Positions 24,441 through 36,329 of a stretch of 64,000 nucleotides of DNA are shown in pieces (position 1 is the stretch's first letter; every line of letters begins with the position of its first letter). This stretch comes from Squalus acanthias (Eukaryota), in the NCBI GenBank assembly GCA_030390025.1, contig CM059432.1:93994001-94058000 (forward strand), read 5' to 3'. Made by a program: the position numbers and the translations under genes. The notes below the pieces were generated by a model. It was not told where the DNA came from, searched no databases, and worked only from the letters and a program-made list of their open reading frames with translations.

Positions 24441-26688
24441 CGTAAGACGTAGGAGCAGGAGTAGGTCATTTAGCCCCTTGAGCCTGCTCCGCCATTCAAT
24501 AAGATCATGGCTGATCTGATCTTGGCCTCAACTCCATTTCCCTGCACACTCCCCATAACCCTTGACTCCCTTACCTTTCAAAAATCTGTCTATCTCCACC
24601 TTAAATATATTCAATGACCCAGCCTCCACAGCTCTCTGGGGAAGAGAATTCCAAAGATTCAGGACCCTCAGAGAAGGAATTCCTCCTCATTTCCGATTTA
24701 AAAGGGTGCCCCCTTATTCTGAAATTATGCCCCCTAGTTCTAGATTTCCCCCACGAGGGGAAACATCCTCTCTGCATATACCTGTCAAGCCCCTTCAGAA
24801 TCTTATATGTTTCAATAAGATCCCCTCTCATTCTTCTAAACTCCAATGAGTATAGGCCCAAACTGCTCAACCTTTCTTCATAAGACAACCCCTTCATCTC
24901 CGGAATCAACCTCGTGAACCTTCTCTGAACTGCCTCCAATGAAAGTATATCCTTCCTTAAATAAGGAGACCAAAACTGTACGCAGTACTCCAGGTGTGGT
25001 CTCACCAACACCCTGTACAGTTGTAACAGGACTTCCATACTTTTATACTCCATTCCCTTTGCAATAAAGGCCAACATTCCATTTGCCTTCCTAATTACTT
25101 GCTATACCTGCATGCTAACTTTTTGTGATTCATGCACAAAGACCCCCAGATCCCTCTGTACCTCAGCATTTTGTAATCTCTCCCCATTTAAATAAATAAT
25201 TTGCTTTTTTATTTTTCCTACCAAAGTGGATAACCTCACATTTTCCCACATTAAACTCCATCTGCCAGATTTTTGCCCACTCACTAAGCCTATCTATATG
25301 CCTTTGGAGATTCTTTGCGTCCTCCACACAATTTGCTTTCCCACCTATCTTTGTATCATCAGCAAATTTGGCTACATTACACTCAGTCCCTTCATCCAAG
25401 TCATTAATATAGATTGTAAATAGTTGAGGCCCCCGCACTGATCCCTATGGCACCCCACTAGTTACAGTTTGCCAACCTGAAAATGACCCATTTATCCCAA
25501 CTCTCTGTTTTCTGTTAGTTAGCCAATCATCTATCCATGCTAATATATTACCCCCAACCCCGTGAGCTCTTATCTTGTGTAGTAACCTTTTATGTGGCAC
25601 CTTATCGAATGCCTTCTGGAAAACCAAATACATGACATGTACTGGTTCCCCTTTATCCACCCTGCTCGTTACATCCTCAAAAGAATTCCTGCAAATTTGT
25701 CAAACATGATTTCCCTTTCATAAAACCATGCTGACTCTGCTTGACTATATTATGATTTTCTAAATGTCCTGCTACCACTTCCTTAATGACGGACTCCAGC
25801 ATTTTCCCAATGACAGATGTTAAGGCTAACTAGTCGATAGTTGCCTGCTTTCTGTCTCCCTCCTTTCTTAAATAGGGGCGTTACATTTGAGGTTTTCCAG
25901 TCCGCTGGGACCTCTCCAGAATCCAGGGAATTTTGGTAGATTACAACCAATGCATCCACTATCTCTCCAGCCACCTCTTTTAAGACTCTAGGATGCAGGC
26001 CATCTGTTCCAGGGGACTTGTCCACCTTTAGTCCCATTAGTTTGCCTGGTACTTTCTCTCTCGTGATAGTAATTGTTTTAAGTTCCCCCCCACCCCAATA
26101 GCCCCTTGATTATCCATTATCGGGATGCTTTTAGTGTCTTCTACTGTGAAGACCGATACAAAATATTTGTTCAAAGTCTCCGCCATTTCCCTGTTTCCCA
26201 TTATTAATTCCCCAGACTCTTCCTCTAGGGGACCAATGTTTATTTTAGCTACTCTCTTCCTTTTTATATAGCTGTAGAAGCTCTTACTGTCTGTTTTTAT
26301 ATTTCTTGCTAGCTTACTCTCATAAGCTATCTTCTCTCTCTCTCATTTTTTTAGTTGTCCTTTGCTGGTTTTTAAAAATTTCCCAATCCTCTGGCCTTTC
26401 ACTATTCTTCCCAACATTGTATGCTTTTGTTTTCAATTTGATACCATCCTTTACTTCCTTAGTTAGCCATGGATGGTTCATCCTTCTCTTGGAGTCCTTC
26501 TTTCTCACTGGAATATATCTTTGCTGAGAGTTATGAAATATCTCCTTAAATGTTTGCCACTGCTTTTCTAGTCTTACCCTGTAATATATTTTCCCAGTCC
26601 ACTTTAACCAAGTCTGCCTTCATACCTGGTAATTACCTTTGCTAAAGTTCAGGATACTTGTTTGAGACCTAGCTTTCTCACCCTCAAA
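24441..26688 (-). mobile_element. CR1 LINE, 5'-truncated, relatively young
   Basis: ORFs 26320..26508, 25783..26037, 25445..25660, 25163..25438 (KFADDTK) and 24601..25077; 3' part nearly identical to 7719-8508. Confidence 0.95.
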
Positions 26689-27884
26689 AAGTGTACCTCT
26701 GGGTCAACGGCAGCGGCTTCCTCCTGCCCGATTTTAACAACCGATTTCCCAGCTGCTTTGGTTGGCAAGCGGCATGCTAATGAAGCCTGGCCGTTAAAAT
26801 CGGTTGAGCCTGCATGTTTCCGCTCCTGACGGGCACGCCCCTCACTTTGCTGAGTTCCCACCCGGGAGCGGAGATCAATCCCAATTTGTACCTTTCCCGT
26901 CATCCAAACAAGGTATCTTCTGATCTGATGAATTACCAGATCAAGCAATCTGACCTGCTTTCACAGATAGCTTGACCCCATTCTAGGCAGATTATTTTGA
27001 AAGGACCCACACAGGAAGAAATATATAATTCTTGTGAATCAAGAGAGAAAACCTCCTATCACAGGATTTCTGTGGTACTGGCATATGTTTTAACCAAACC
27101 TTTCAATCTTTATTGAAAATTAGTACTTCAAAATTGCAGGAATTTGATTATCTTCAGTTAAATACAATACAAATCCAATTATAACCTGTAGAGCTATTCA
27201 AGTTAGGGCGCAGAATATTGTTTCAGTCTTAAATGCTCTCACATTTAAAACAGGAAAAGTTAGAAGAGGATCTGCTTGCAGATTTCAGGAAAAGCTCCTA
27301 TCGAGGTTTAATGCTATACAGTATCTACTATAACCTTACCGCACAAATTCAAAGTAAGAAACATGTAATACTGTACCCAGTGAAACTAAAAAGGTTCTCA
27401 TCCTTTTTACAGTAATCGTTTCTGACAGAGGTATGTAGTTACTATATATTTATGCAGACTCTCTTCCTTTGCCACTGTTTTTCTGATGTGCTTAATATGT
27501 TTATTGCTGTTATTTTATACAGTACATCATAAATTACTTAAGCTATTAAAATAATAGCTTTTTATCCTCATCTTAGATCAGGCCTGTGTTTTTGATTTCA
27601 TACATGAGACTTATCCAGTGTTCTTTAGAATAACACCAGCAGTACAGGTAAGATGGTAGAGGAGGGGGAAGCTGTATGTGAGTTCCTTCAGTGGATATAG
27701 ATCTGGAAGGAAGTACTCTGTGATGGGATTTTTTTGGTCTGCTGTGAAACAACATTGGAGATTCTCAGCTCATGTAAACAAAAGCAAAATACTGTGGGTG
27801 CTGGAAATCTGAAATAAAAAAAACACAATGCTGGAAATACTCAGCAGGCGAGGGAAATTCAGCATCTGTGGAGGGGAAAAATAG

Positions 27885-27920
27885 AGTTGACATTTCAGGC
27901 ATTGACCTTTCGTCAAAACT
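27885..27920 (-). ncRNA. Minimal type I hammerhead ribozyme, degenerate (C3 to U)
   Basis: Minus strand agtt-ttgacga-a-aggtc-aat-gcct-gaaa-tgtc-aact. Confidence 0.6.
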
Positions 27921-28827
27921 GGAAGAAGTTAGAGATGTAACTGTGGGTGGAAGGTGAGAACAAGGGGAACCCTATCGTGGTTCTGGGAGGGAAGAGAAGG
28001 GGTGAGAGCAGAAGTGCGGTAAATGAGATGGGCACAGTCGAGGGCCCTGTCAACCACAGTGGAGGGGAATCCTCGGTTGAGGAAAAAGACTATCGGAAGC
28101 ACTGGTATGGAAGGTGGCATCATCAGAACAGATGCGACAGAGATGGAGAAGCTGAGAGAATGGAAGAGAGTCCTTACAGGAAGCGGGGTGGTAGGAATTA
28201 TAATTAAGGTAACTGTGGGAGTCAGTGGGCTTATAGTATCCCCAGAAATGGAGATGGAGAAGTAGAGAAAGGGAAGGGAAGAGTCAGAGATGGACCATGT
28301 GAAGGTGAGGCAGTGGTGGCAATTGGAAGCGAAGTTAATGAAATTTTCCAGTTCAGGTCGAGACCAGGAAATGGCACCGATACGGTCATCAATGTACAGG
28401 GAAAAAAAGGTGAGGGAGGGGACTGAAACAAAGAATGTTCCACGTATCCCACGAAAAGGCAGGCATAGCTAGGACCCATACGGGTTCCCACAGCGACACC
28501 TTTTATTTCGAGGAAATGAGAGGAGTCAAAGGAGAAGTTGTTCAATGGTAGAGCAGGGTGGTGGTGGATGGGGACTGGTTGGGCCTCTGTTCAAGGAAGA
28601 AGCGGAGCACCCTCAGGCCGTCCTGGTGAGGAATGGAGGTGTATAGGTATCGGACGTCCATGGTGAAAAGGATACATTTAGGGCCAGGAAACTGGAAACC
28701 TTTACAGTGTCAGAGGGCTTCGCAAGAGTCGCTGATGCAGGTCAGAAGAGACTGGACAAGGGAGAAAAAAAAAAGAGTTGAGATAGGAAGAAATAAGTTC
28801 TGTGGGACAAGTACAGGCTGAAACAAT

Positions 28828-30268
28828 GGCCCGGATATTAACAGGGGCGGGGCGGAGTTTCAGACGGGAAACCCAGAAGTCTGGGTTTCCCCGCATGCTG
28901 TGAAGTTTTAACTCCGCAGCGTGCATCTTTTGCCCTTGATAGGCTGACTTCCGGGTGGGGAACCTGATTGATAGGCTTGGCATTCAGTCCGACGGGGAGG
29001 ACACCAGACCTGCCGGGTTTCCTGAGGCCAATGGAAAACCTGCAAATCAGGGACATGTTTATTCGCAACACCAAAAGCTCTGATAGGTGTGTCTTGTCAT
29101 CCAAGAGGACCAAACAGTTTCTCTGGAATGTGTAATTATATCCTCCCTGCCTACATAATCAGTTACTTTGCAAAGTGTAATTCGAGCCATTCTGACTGCC
29201 GACTCCAGACAGAACAGAGCTCACTTGGAACAGAGAGGGCTCACCCTTGCGGGTTAAGACCTTCTTCCACCCGCAAACATGTTCCTGCCCCCACCGCCCA
29301 AGTTCCTGACCTCCTCCCCCCCAAGTTTGTGACATTCTCCCCCGCCCAAGTGCCTGAACTCCACCGCCCCCCCCACACCTAGCCCCAGTTTCTGACCTCC
29401 TCCCCCACCGCCCGAGTTCCTGACCTCCTCCCCCTGCCCAAGTTCCTCCCCCCTGGATTCATGACCTTCTCCCCCCAACAAGTTCCTGACATTCCCCCAC
29501 ACCCTGCCTCCCTCCATAGATGGGGCATTGTATGTGGGTCACTGATTGTTAACAAGTTTATTGGCTATGAAGTGAATAGTGACAGTGTTGCGACTTCCAG
29601 ATTTCGTCCAGTCCAATGATGTCACTTGCCACACATGCACCGAGCTTTCCTAGAAATCAACCAGGTCTAGGGGGAGGAGAGGGAGGACGTGGTGCGGGTG
29701 TAAAGGGGGTGGGATTGGAAGAACGTGATCCGTCTTACCATCTGGATCATGTTCTCGCTCTCATTTCACCCCCACTTTAGACCTGGATCATGTTCTTCCC
29801 CCCCATCCCCACGGTGCTCTTTACCCCGCATTCTCCCCTCTTTCGAGCCTCTCTTTCCCCTCCCCCCCCCGGCCAGCACGGATCCAGAATGCCCACAGAG
29901 CTGAACAAAGCTCGGCCCACGCTGCACTGCAGCCGCAACTGAGAGATACTGTGCACGCACGGCCTCTGTGACAGCACGCACGCGCATAAGGGGATGTGGT
30001 AAGCATGCGCAAAAAAGGGCGGGCTCAACTGCGCACATGCGCAGAAGGACACAAAAATGTTCGTGCAGATAATCACTGTTAAATCAGAAGCTGCCAGCCT
30101 CATTAAAATATTTAAATTGCCAACCCGTCTCCTTGAAGCGGATTGGCTGCCGCCCCTTGTCCCGCCTCCGTTAAACCCAGAAGTGGGCGGGTTGAGTCGG
30201 GTTTCATTAAAATTTTAACATCTGACCTGACCCCAACCCACCAGTTTTTGGGTGTTAAATTTAACCTC
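28828..30268. mobile_element. 1.44-kb TIR element inserted in the Penelope RT
   Basis: Ends ggcccggatattaac / gttaaatttaacctc; flanks aat/gat duplicate the Ile codon of GRP-I-VSAC. Confidence 0.8.
29275..29510. repeat. C-rich minisatellite (about 20-25 bp unit, aagttcctgacctcctcccccc-like)
   Basis: About 9-10 imperfect units visible. Confidence 0.85.
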
Positions 30269-31096
30269 GATGGGTCTACCGGGGCAGTCCTGTTTGAGGA
30301 TCTTGGGAAGGAGGTAGAAGCAGGCTGTGCGGGGAAAGAGCTCCACAAGAGACGAGGTCAGTGACGGTCTGGGAAACGATGGCTTGATGTTCGGTGGTGG
30401 GGTCGTGGTCCAGTGGGAGGTAGGAGGTGGTGTCGGAGAGTTGGCATTCAGCCTCCGTAAGGTAGAGGTTTGTTCGCCAAACAACAACAGCCCTGTCCTC
30501 ATCAGCAGGTTTAATGGCAATGTCAGTGTTGGACCTGAGAGAACGGAGTGCTGCAAGTTGAGGGAGCTAGGTTAGAGTGAGTAAGGGGAGAAGAGAAATT
30601 GAGCCGGCTGATGCCACGCCGGCAGTTCCCAATGAAAAGATCTAGAGAGGGTAAGAGGCCAGAGGGAGGGGTCCAGGTGGAACGAGAACTCTGAAGATGG
30701 GAGAAAGGGTCTGCTGTGCGGGGGTTTGGTGGGGTGGGGGAGATTCCTGGGCATGGAGGCAAAGGAAGATGAGCTCAGCATCGTGCCAAGCTCAAAATTA
30801 ATTGATGTGGGGGCATAGGGGGATGAAGCTGAAGCCTTTGCCAAGGACTGATCGTTTGACCTCTTACACTGTTCCAATGAAGCTCAATGGAAGCTCGAGA
30901 AACAGCACATCATCTTTCGATTAGGCACTTTACAGCCTTCAAGACTCAACACGGAGTTCAACAATTTCAGATCATAACCACTGCTCCCATTTTTCGGACA
31001 GCAAGTGCTGATAATGGTTCTGCTGTTGCCATTTACAGCTCCTCTAGACCCATCTTTTGTTTCTTTACTTGTCCCAGTACTACCCCCTTTTGCCTA

Positions 31097-33639
31097 GTGT
31101 ACTGTAGCATAGTGGTTATATTACTTGATTAGCAATCCAAAGGCCTGGACTAATAATCCAGAGACACGAGTTCAAATCCCAGCATGGCAGTTTGTCAATT
31201 TGAATAAAAAGCTAGTATCTGTAATGGTGACCAGAAAGCTATCGGATTGTCGTAAAAACCCAACTAGTTCACTAATGTCCTATAGGGAAGGAAACTTGCC
31301 ATTCCAACCTGGTCTGGCCTATACGTGACTCCAGACACACAGCAATGCCCTGTGAAATGGCCCAGCAAGCCATGCACCAAACCCCTACAAAAAAGCACAA
31401 GAATAAAACCAGAGGGACCACCCGGCATCGACCTAGACACCAGATTCGGACACGACAAAGGCACATCCAGCTGAGTCAAGCCTGCAAAGTCTTCTTCACT
31501 AACATGTGGGGACTTGTGCCACAGACTATTCATACTCATGCAGAATATCAGCCGAAGACCCAGACTCCTTCATCACCATACCTGGGTATCCTTTCCCATC
31601 TAGCAGGACAAACCCACTAGGAGGTGGCGGCACAGTGGGAAGGAGTGGCCCTGGGAGTCCTCAACATTGACTCCAGACCCCATGATGTCTCATGTCATCA
31701 GGCCATGGGCAAGGAAACCTCCTGCTGATTACCACCTACCGCCCTCTCTCAGCTGATGAATCAGTACTCCATGTTAAACACCACTTGGAAGAAGCACTGT
31801 AGGTGGCAAGGGCACAGAACATACTCTGGGTGGGGGACTTCAATCTCCATCACCAAGAGTGGCTCGGTAGCACCACTACTGACCGAGCTGGCAGAGTCCT
31901 GAAGGACATAGCTGCCAGAATGGGCTTGCGGCAGGTGGTGAGAGAACCAACACGAGGGAAAAACCTCTTACTTACCAATAATGTACCTGTCATAGATGCA
32001 TCTGTCCATGACAGTTTGGGTAGAAGTAACCACCCTACAGTCTTTGGAGGTCAAGTCCCATCTTCACACACATCCATCATGTTGTGTGGCACTACCACCA
32101 TGCTAAATGGGATAGATTCAGAACAGATCTAGCAGCTCAAAACTGGGCATCCATGAGGTACTGTGGGCCATCAGCAGCAGCAGAATTGTATTCCCCATGG
32201 CCGTCATATCCCTCCCCCTACCATTACCAACAAGCCGGGCGACTGACCCTGGTTCAATGAGGAGTGCAGAAGAGCTTGCCAGGAGCAGCATCAGGCGTAC
32301 CTAAAGATGAGGTACCAACCTGGTGAAGCTACAAAGTGCAGAATTGCCCAGGTATGTCCTGTCCACAAAAAAGGACAAATCCAATCCAGCCAATTGCCGG
32401 CCCAACAACCTACTCTCAATCATCAGCAAAGCGATGGAAGGGGTCATCAACAGTGCTATCAAGCAGCACTTACTCACCAATAACCTGCTCACCGATGCTC
32501 AGATTGGGTTCCACCAGTACCACTCTGCTCCGGACCTCACTACAGCCTTGGTCCAAACATGGACAAAAGAGCTGAATTCCAGAGATGCGGCGAAAGTGGC
32601 TGCCCTTGACATCAAGGCAGCATTTGACAGAGTGCAACACCAAGGAGCCCTAGTAAAATTGAAGTCAATGGGAACAGAGGGGAAAACTCTCCACTGGCTG
32701 GAGTCACACCGAGCACAAAGGAAGATGGTTGTGGTTGTTGGAGGCCAATCAACTCAGCACCAGGACATCGCTGCAGGAGTTCCTCAAGACAGTGTTCTAG
32801 GCTCAACCATCTTCAAGTGCTTCATCAATGACCTTCCCTCCATCGTAAGGTCAGAAGTGGGAATTTTTGTGACGATTGCATTGTTCAGTTCCATTCGCAA
32901 CTCCTCAGATAATGAGGCAGTGGCAAGTAACGTTTGCGCCACACAAGTGCAAGGCAATGACCATCTCCAACAAGAGAGTCTAACCACCTCCCCTTGACAG
33001 TCAATGGCATTACCATCGCCAAATTTCCCACCGTCACCATTGACCAGAAACTTAACTGGACCAACCACATAAATACAGTGACTATAAGAGCAGGTCAGAG
33101 GCTTGGTATTCTCACCTCCTGAATCCCCAAAGCCTTTCCACCACATACAAGGCACAAGTCAGGTGTGTGATGGAATACTCTCCACTTGCCTGGATGAGTG
33201 CAGCTCCAACAACACACCACCTGGGACAAAGCAGCCCACTTGATCGGCAACCCATCCACCACCTTGAACACTAACTCCCTCCACCACTGGCGAAATGTGG
33301 CTGCAGTGTGTACCATCTACAAGATGCATTGCAGCAAATTGCCAAGGCTTTGACAGCACCGCCCAAACCCACGACCTCTAGCACCTATTGTCCTAATTTC
33401 TCCTTATGTGGCTCATTGTCAGATTTTGTTTCATAACACTTTGGGACATCCTACTACATTAAAGGCGCTATATAAATGCAAGTTGTCGTTGGAACTCCAT
33501 TACAGCACTGTGGGAGCACCTTCACCACACGGACTGCAGTGGCTCACCATCACCTTCTTGAGGGCAATTGGGGATAGGCAATAAATGCTGGCCTTGCCAG
33601 CGCCGCCCACAACCCATGAATGACTAAAAAAAAAAAAAA
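31097..33639 (+). mobile_element. CR1-group (Zenon-like) single-ORF LINE with tRNA-derived 5' head
   Basis: A box tagcatagtgg 31105-31115, B box gagttcaaatcc 31168-31179; endonuclease motifs TNMWGL and WVGDFNLHHQEWLGS; RT ALDIKAAFDRV, GVPQDSVLG; poly-A end. Confidence 0.9.
33389..33491 (+). mobile_element. L2 3' tail fragment inside the Zenon-like LINE
   Basis: cctaatttctccttatgtggct...aaaggcgctatataaatgcaagttg matches the reverse complement of 13160-13270. Confidence 0.8.
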
Positions 33640-33775
33640 TCATCAAGCCCTTTTGTCATTTAATCTCTCCCGCCCTTCACCCCATCACAGACCTTCCCTT
33701 TTGTTCTTTCCTCCCCTCCCCCTTTCCCCGCCTCTGTACTTGCTTAAAAAAATGGTTACATCTCCAACTTCTTCC

Positions 33776-33812
33776 AGTTCTGACGAAAGGTCATCGACCT
33801 GAAATGTCAACT
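33776..33812 (+). ncRNA. Minimal type I hammerhead ribozyme, catalytic core intact
   Basis: AGUU-CUGACGA-A-AGGUC-AUC-GACCU-GAAA-U-GUC^AACU: stem I AGUU/AACU, 5-bp stem II, GUC cleavage triplet. Confidence 0.8.
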
Positions 33813-36221
33813 CTGTTTTTCCCTCCACAGATGCTGCCTCACCTGCTGAATATTTCCAGCATTGTGTGTTTTTATTTCAGATTTCCAGCACCCACAGTAT
33901 TTTGCTTTTGTTTACATGAAGAACAGAGCTGAGAATCTCCAATATTCACAGCAGACCCAAAAAACCCCCAACACAGCACATCCTTCCAGATCTATATCTA
34001 CTGAAGGAATTCACATACAGCTATCCCCAACCTCTATCATCTTATCTTCTTAACTGTACTGTTGGTTTTACTCTAAAGAACTCTGGATAAATCTAGTGTG
34101 TGAAATTGAAAACACAGGCCTGATCAAAGATGAGAACAAGTAATTTATGATATATTGTACTGTAAAAAAATAACAGCAATAAATATACCATGCACTTAAC
34201 CAGAAAAACAGTGCAATTCTTGGTAGACTATCCAACAAATCTTTTCATAATATTAACATTCTCCTTGTTCTACAGGCTCGAATATATAAAATGGCAGTGA
34301 GGCAGGTGCACAGCTCACAAATCTTTTTACATTGAAAACCAGTAATAAAATCAGTATTAGGAGCCTCATCTACTTAATGCAGGATTAGTAGCTGGTCTCC
34401 CATTGGCTCCAGTTCAATCAAACCCTGCTGCTGAGCAGACAGACGATCATGACGTAAAGATACAGCAGCTTGAAAAACAACCAGACTCTCCAGTATACCA
34501 CGCCTCGGACCACCTGATCAGGGCATCCTTTTTTGAATGTAAAGGATCAACATCAATAAGGCAAGAAAATATAGTAGTCAGGCACAAACCCAGCAACGGT
34601 GCAGCCATCAATACTGCAGTCTTTTTTTTAAAATGTGTGTGAAGTGAATTTCTGAATACTGGACAGGCTGCACAATCAATAACTGACTCTAAAGACAAAA
34701 GCTGCAGCTATAAAGCAACTCAGAGCACCATAAAAATCTATCACTGCTGTGCAGTTTGTCAACCTGCCAAAGGCACATTACAGAGCATTCTAGTTCCACC
34801 TTAAAGATTTAGGAGGAAAAGAGATCTATTACTATATCTTAATATATTTATTCTGGGAAGGAGCTATGCCAGTAGAATTAGAATGCTTGTACCTCTGGAC
34901 ACCCATTGTAGGCCACAACAAGAAAACAGCAGCTGATGGTTGGGAAATGAAAATGCTGCAACTTAATTATATAAAAAAGGCACTCAATTTTGTACAAAAA
35001 GCAAAAAAGAAAAATTGTAAATGCCATTTTTGAGCCAAGACATTAAGGCAAAACCTATGATAGGGAGTGGCCACTTTACAGAATATACTGAATATGAAAA
35101 GCTTTTTTCATTTGCAACACGGTGGAGAGTCAACATGTGGAATACTGACACAGCTGCCTGTACACATGAAGTATGTTGTTTTTTTAGTACGAAAGTCTCC
35201 TAATTTCTTTCTGGATAAGTGCATGAGCTATGCCAACAGACAGCCATAATTTGAAGAAAAATTAGAATGCAAACAGAAGTACAATGTGCAATGTCAGCGA
35301 GTCAGCTGTGGATGTTCAGAGATCAGGGAGTTAAATATAAATTTTGTTTTTTTCCTTCTAGAATACAAACGAGGGATTAAAAAAACATTTCGGTCGAGAC
35401 TACTGGTGCTGTCAGCAATTTTCAGTTTCCTGTATGAATACCACAAGCTGCAGGCTGTTAAGTGTCCAGAAGTGCCTAAAATCCTCTGCTAACAGTCATT
35501 ATTCAGCAAGCTTACAATAACTTTTATAACTAGGAACATGTCAATCTTGATTTAAGTGTAAGTTTGCCACTTTATTTTATTTGATTTTATTAAAGAAAAA
35601 GAATGGCTGACTACTTATATTTTCCCTGAATTTAAGTTGTAAGAGTTGAGCTGTGACTGTATACACATGTAGACAAAAATGATTGAGCATTGCAGTGGTA
35701 GCTTGCATTGAAGATCAAATTTCTGAGTAAAATTTAGAAACGCACAGATGGTTCAGCGTAACCAAGGTAACATTTGGCAGAGGGGTCAAAATACATTTGT
35801 GTTTTTGCTCGTTTCAAGTGAGGATTACATTTCAGGAGTCTTTTTTTTCCAAATCATTGTATGGAAAAGAACTTGTGTGGAAAAACACAAGCATTACTAG
35901 TGGCCACTTGATTTAACTATGACCATTTCTTAAAATAATGGCACTTTCAAACAAACACATTATTACTAACTGTAAAAAGCTTTACCATTACATCGAACAT
36001 AACAAAATCAAACAAAACAACATTAAATAGACAGTTTGTTGATTAAATATTTTCCTTAATTCTAGTCGGGCTTAAGGCTGTTTCCACATTAAACAAACTT
36101 TGTAATCTCTCCTTGATTTTAAAAATTAGTTCGACCCAGAGTGAAATTTGTCACTGACTAAATCAATAGTTTAGAAAATAAGAGACTGATTACACTCAAA
36201 ATCTCTGCTTCAATACAGTTA

Positions 36222-36329
36222 TGAGAAGTCGCACAACGCCAGGTTATAGTCCAACAGATTTATTTAACCTGGTGTTGTGCGACTTCTCATTTTTGTCCAC
36301 CCCAGTCCAATGCCGGCATCTCCACATCA
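36222..36329 (+). mobile_element. Fold-back remnant, probably from a second Penelope pLTR family, with 12-bp TSD
   Basis: TSD tcaatacagtta at 36210-36221 and 36330-36341; 26-bp inverted repeat 36221-36246 / 36265-36290. Confidence 0.75.

Larger units (their letters stand above)
23965..26882 (+). mobile_element. TIR element with AAT TSD, interrupted by a CR1
   Basis: aat|gggctctatttt ... gagatcaatccc|aat; internal hairpin at 24310-24362 as in 1567-1620. Confidence 0.7.
27778..30857 (-). mobile_element. Penelope-like retroelement body (RT ORF pieces plus 3' pLTR), interrupted by a TIR element
   Basis: RSVLGKGFSFIP near 30850, PRTACFYLLPKI...GRPI|IVSACTCPTE, NNFSFDSSHFLEIKGVAVGTRMGPSYACLFVG, FLNRGFP...PLVLTFHP; then jumps directly to the pLTR 27778-27941. 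Confidence 0.9.
30858..33911 (+). mobile_element. Inverted Penelope segment (C-terminus of GIY-YIG region plus pLTR), split by a LINE at 31097-33639
   Basis: LHCSNEAQWKLEKQHIIFRLGTLQPSRLNTEFNNFRS-stop (30975-30977), then 3' UTR to 31095, resuming 33640-33911. Confidence 0.85.

Noticed and set aside
7719..25200. Long-range inverted similarity between 7719-8508 and 24441-25200
   Set aside because: Two independent insertions of the same young CR1 subfamily; flanks are unrelated.
29275..29510. Repeat array resembling CRISPR
   Set aside because: Degenerate low-complexity units without unique spacers, no cas genes, vertebrate context.
32323..32997. 224-aa RT ORF as an active gene
   Set aside because: Catalytic FADD motif lost, with frameshifts and deletions; a dead copy.
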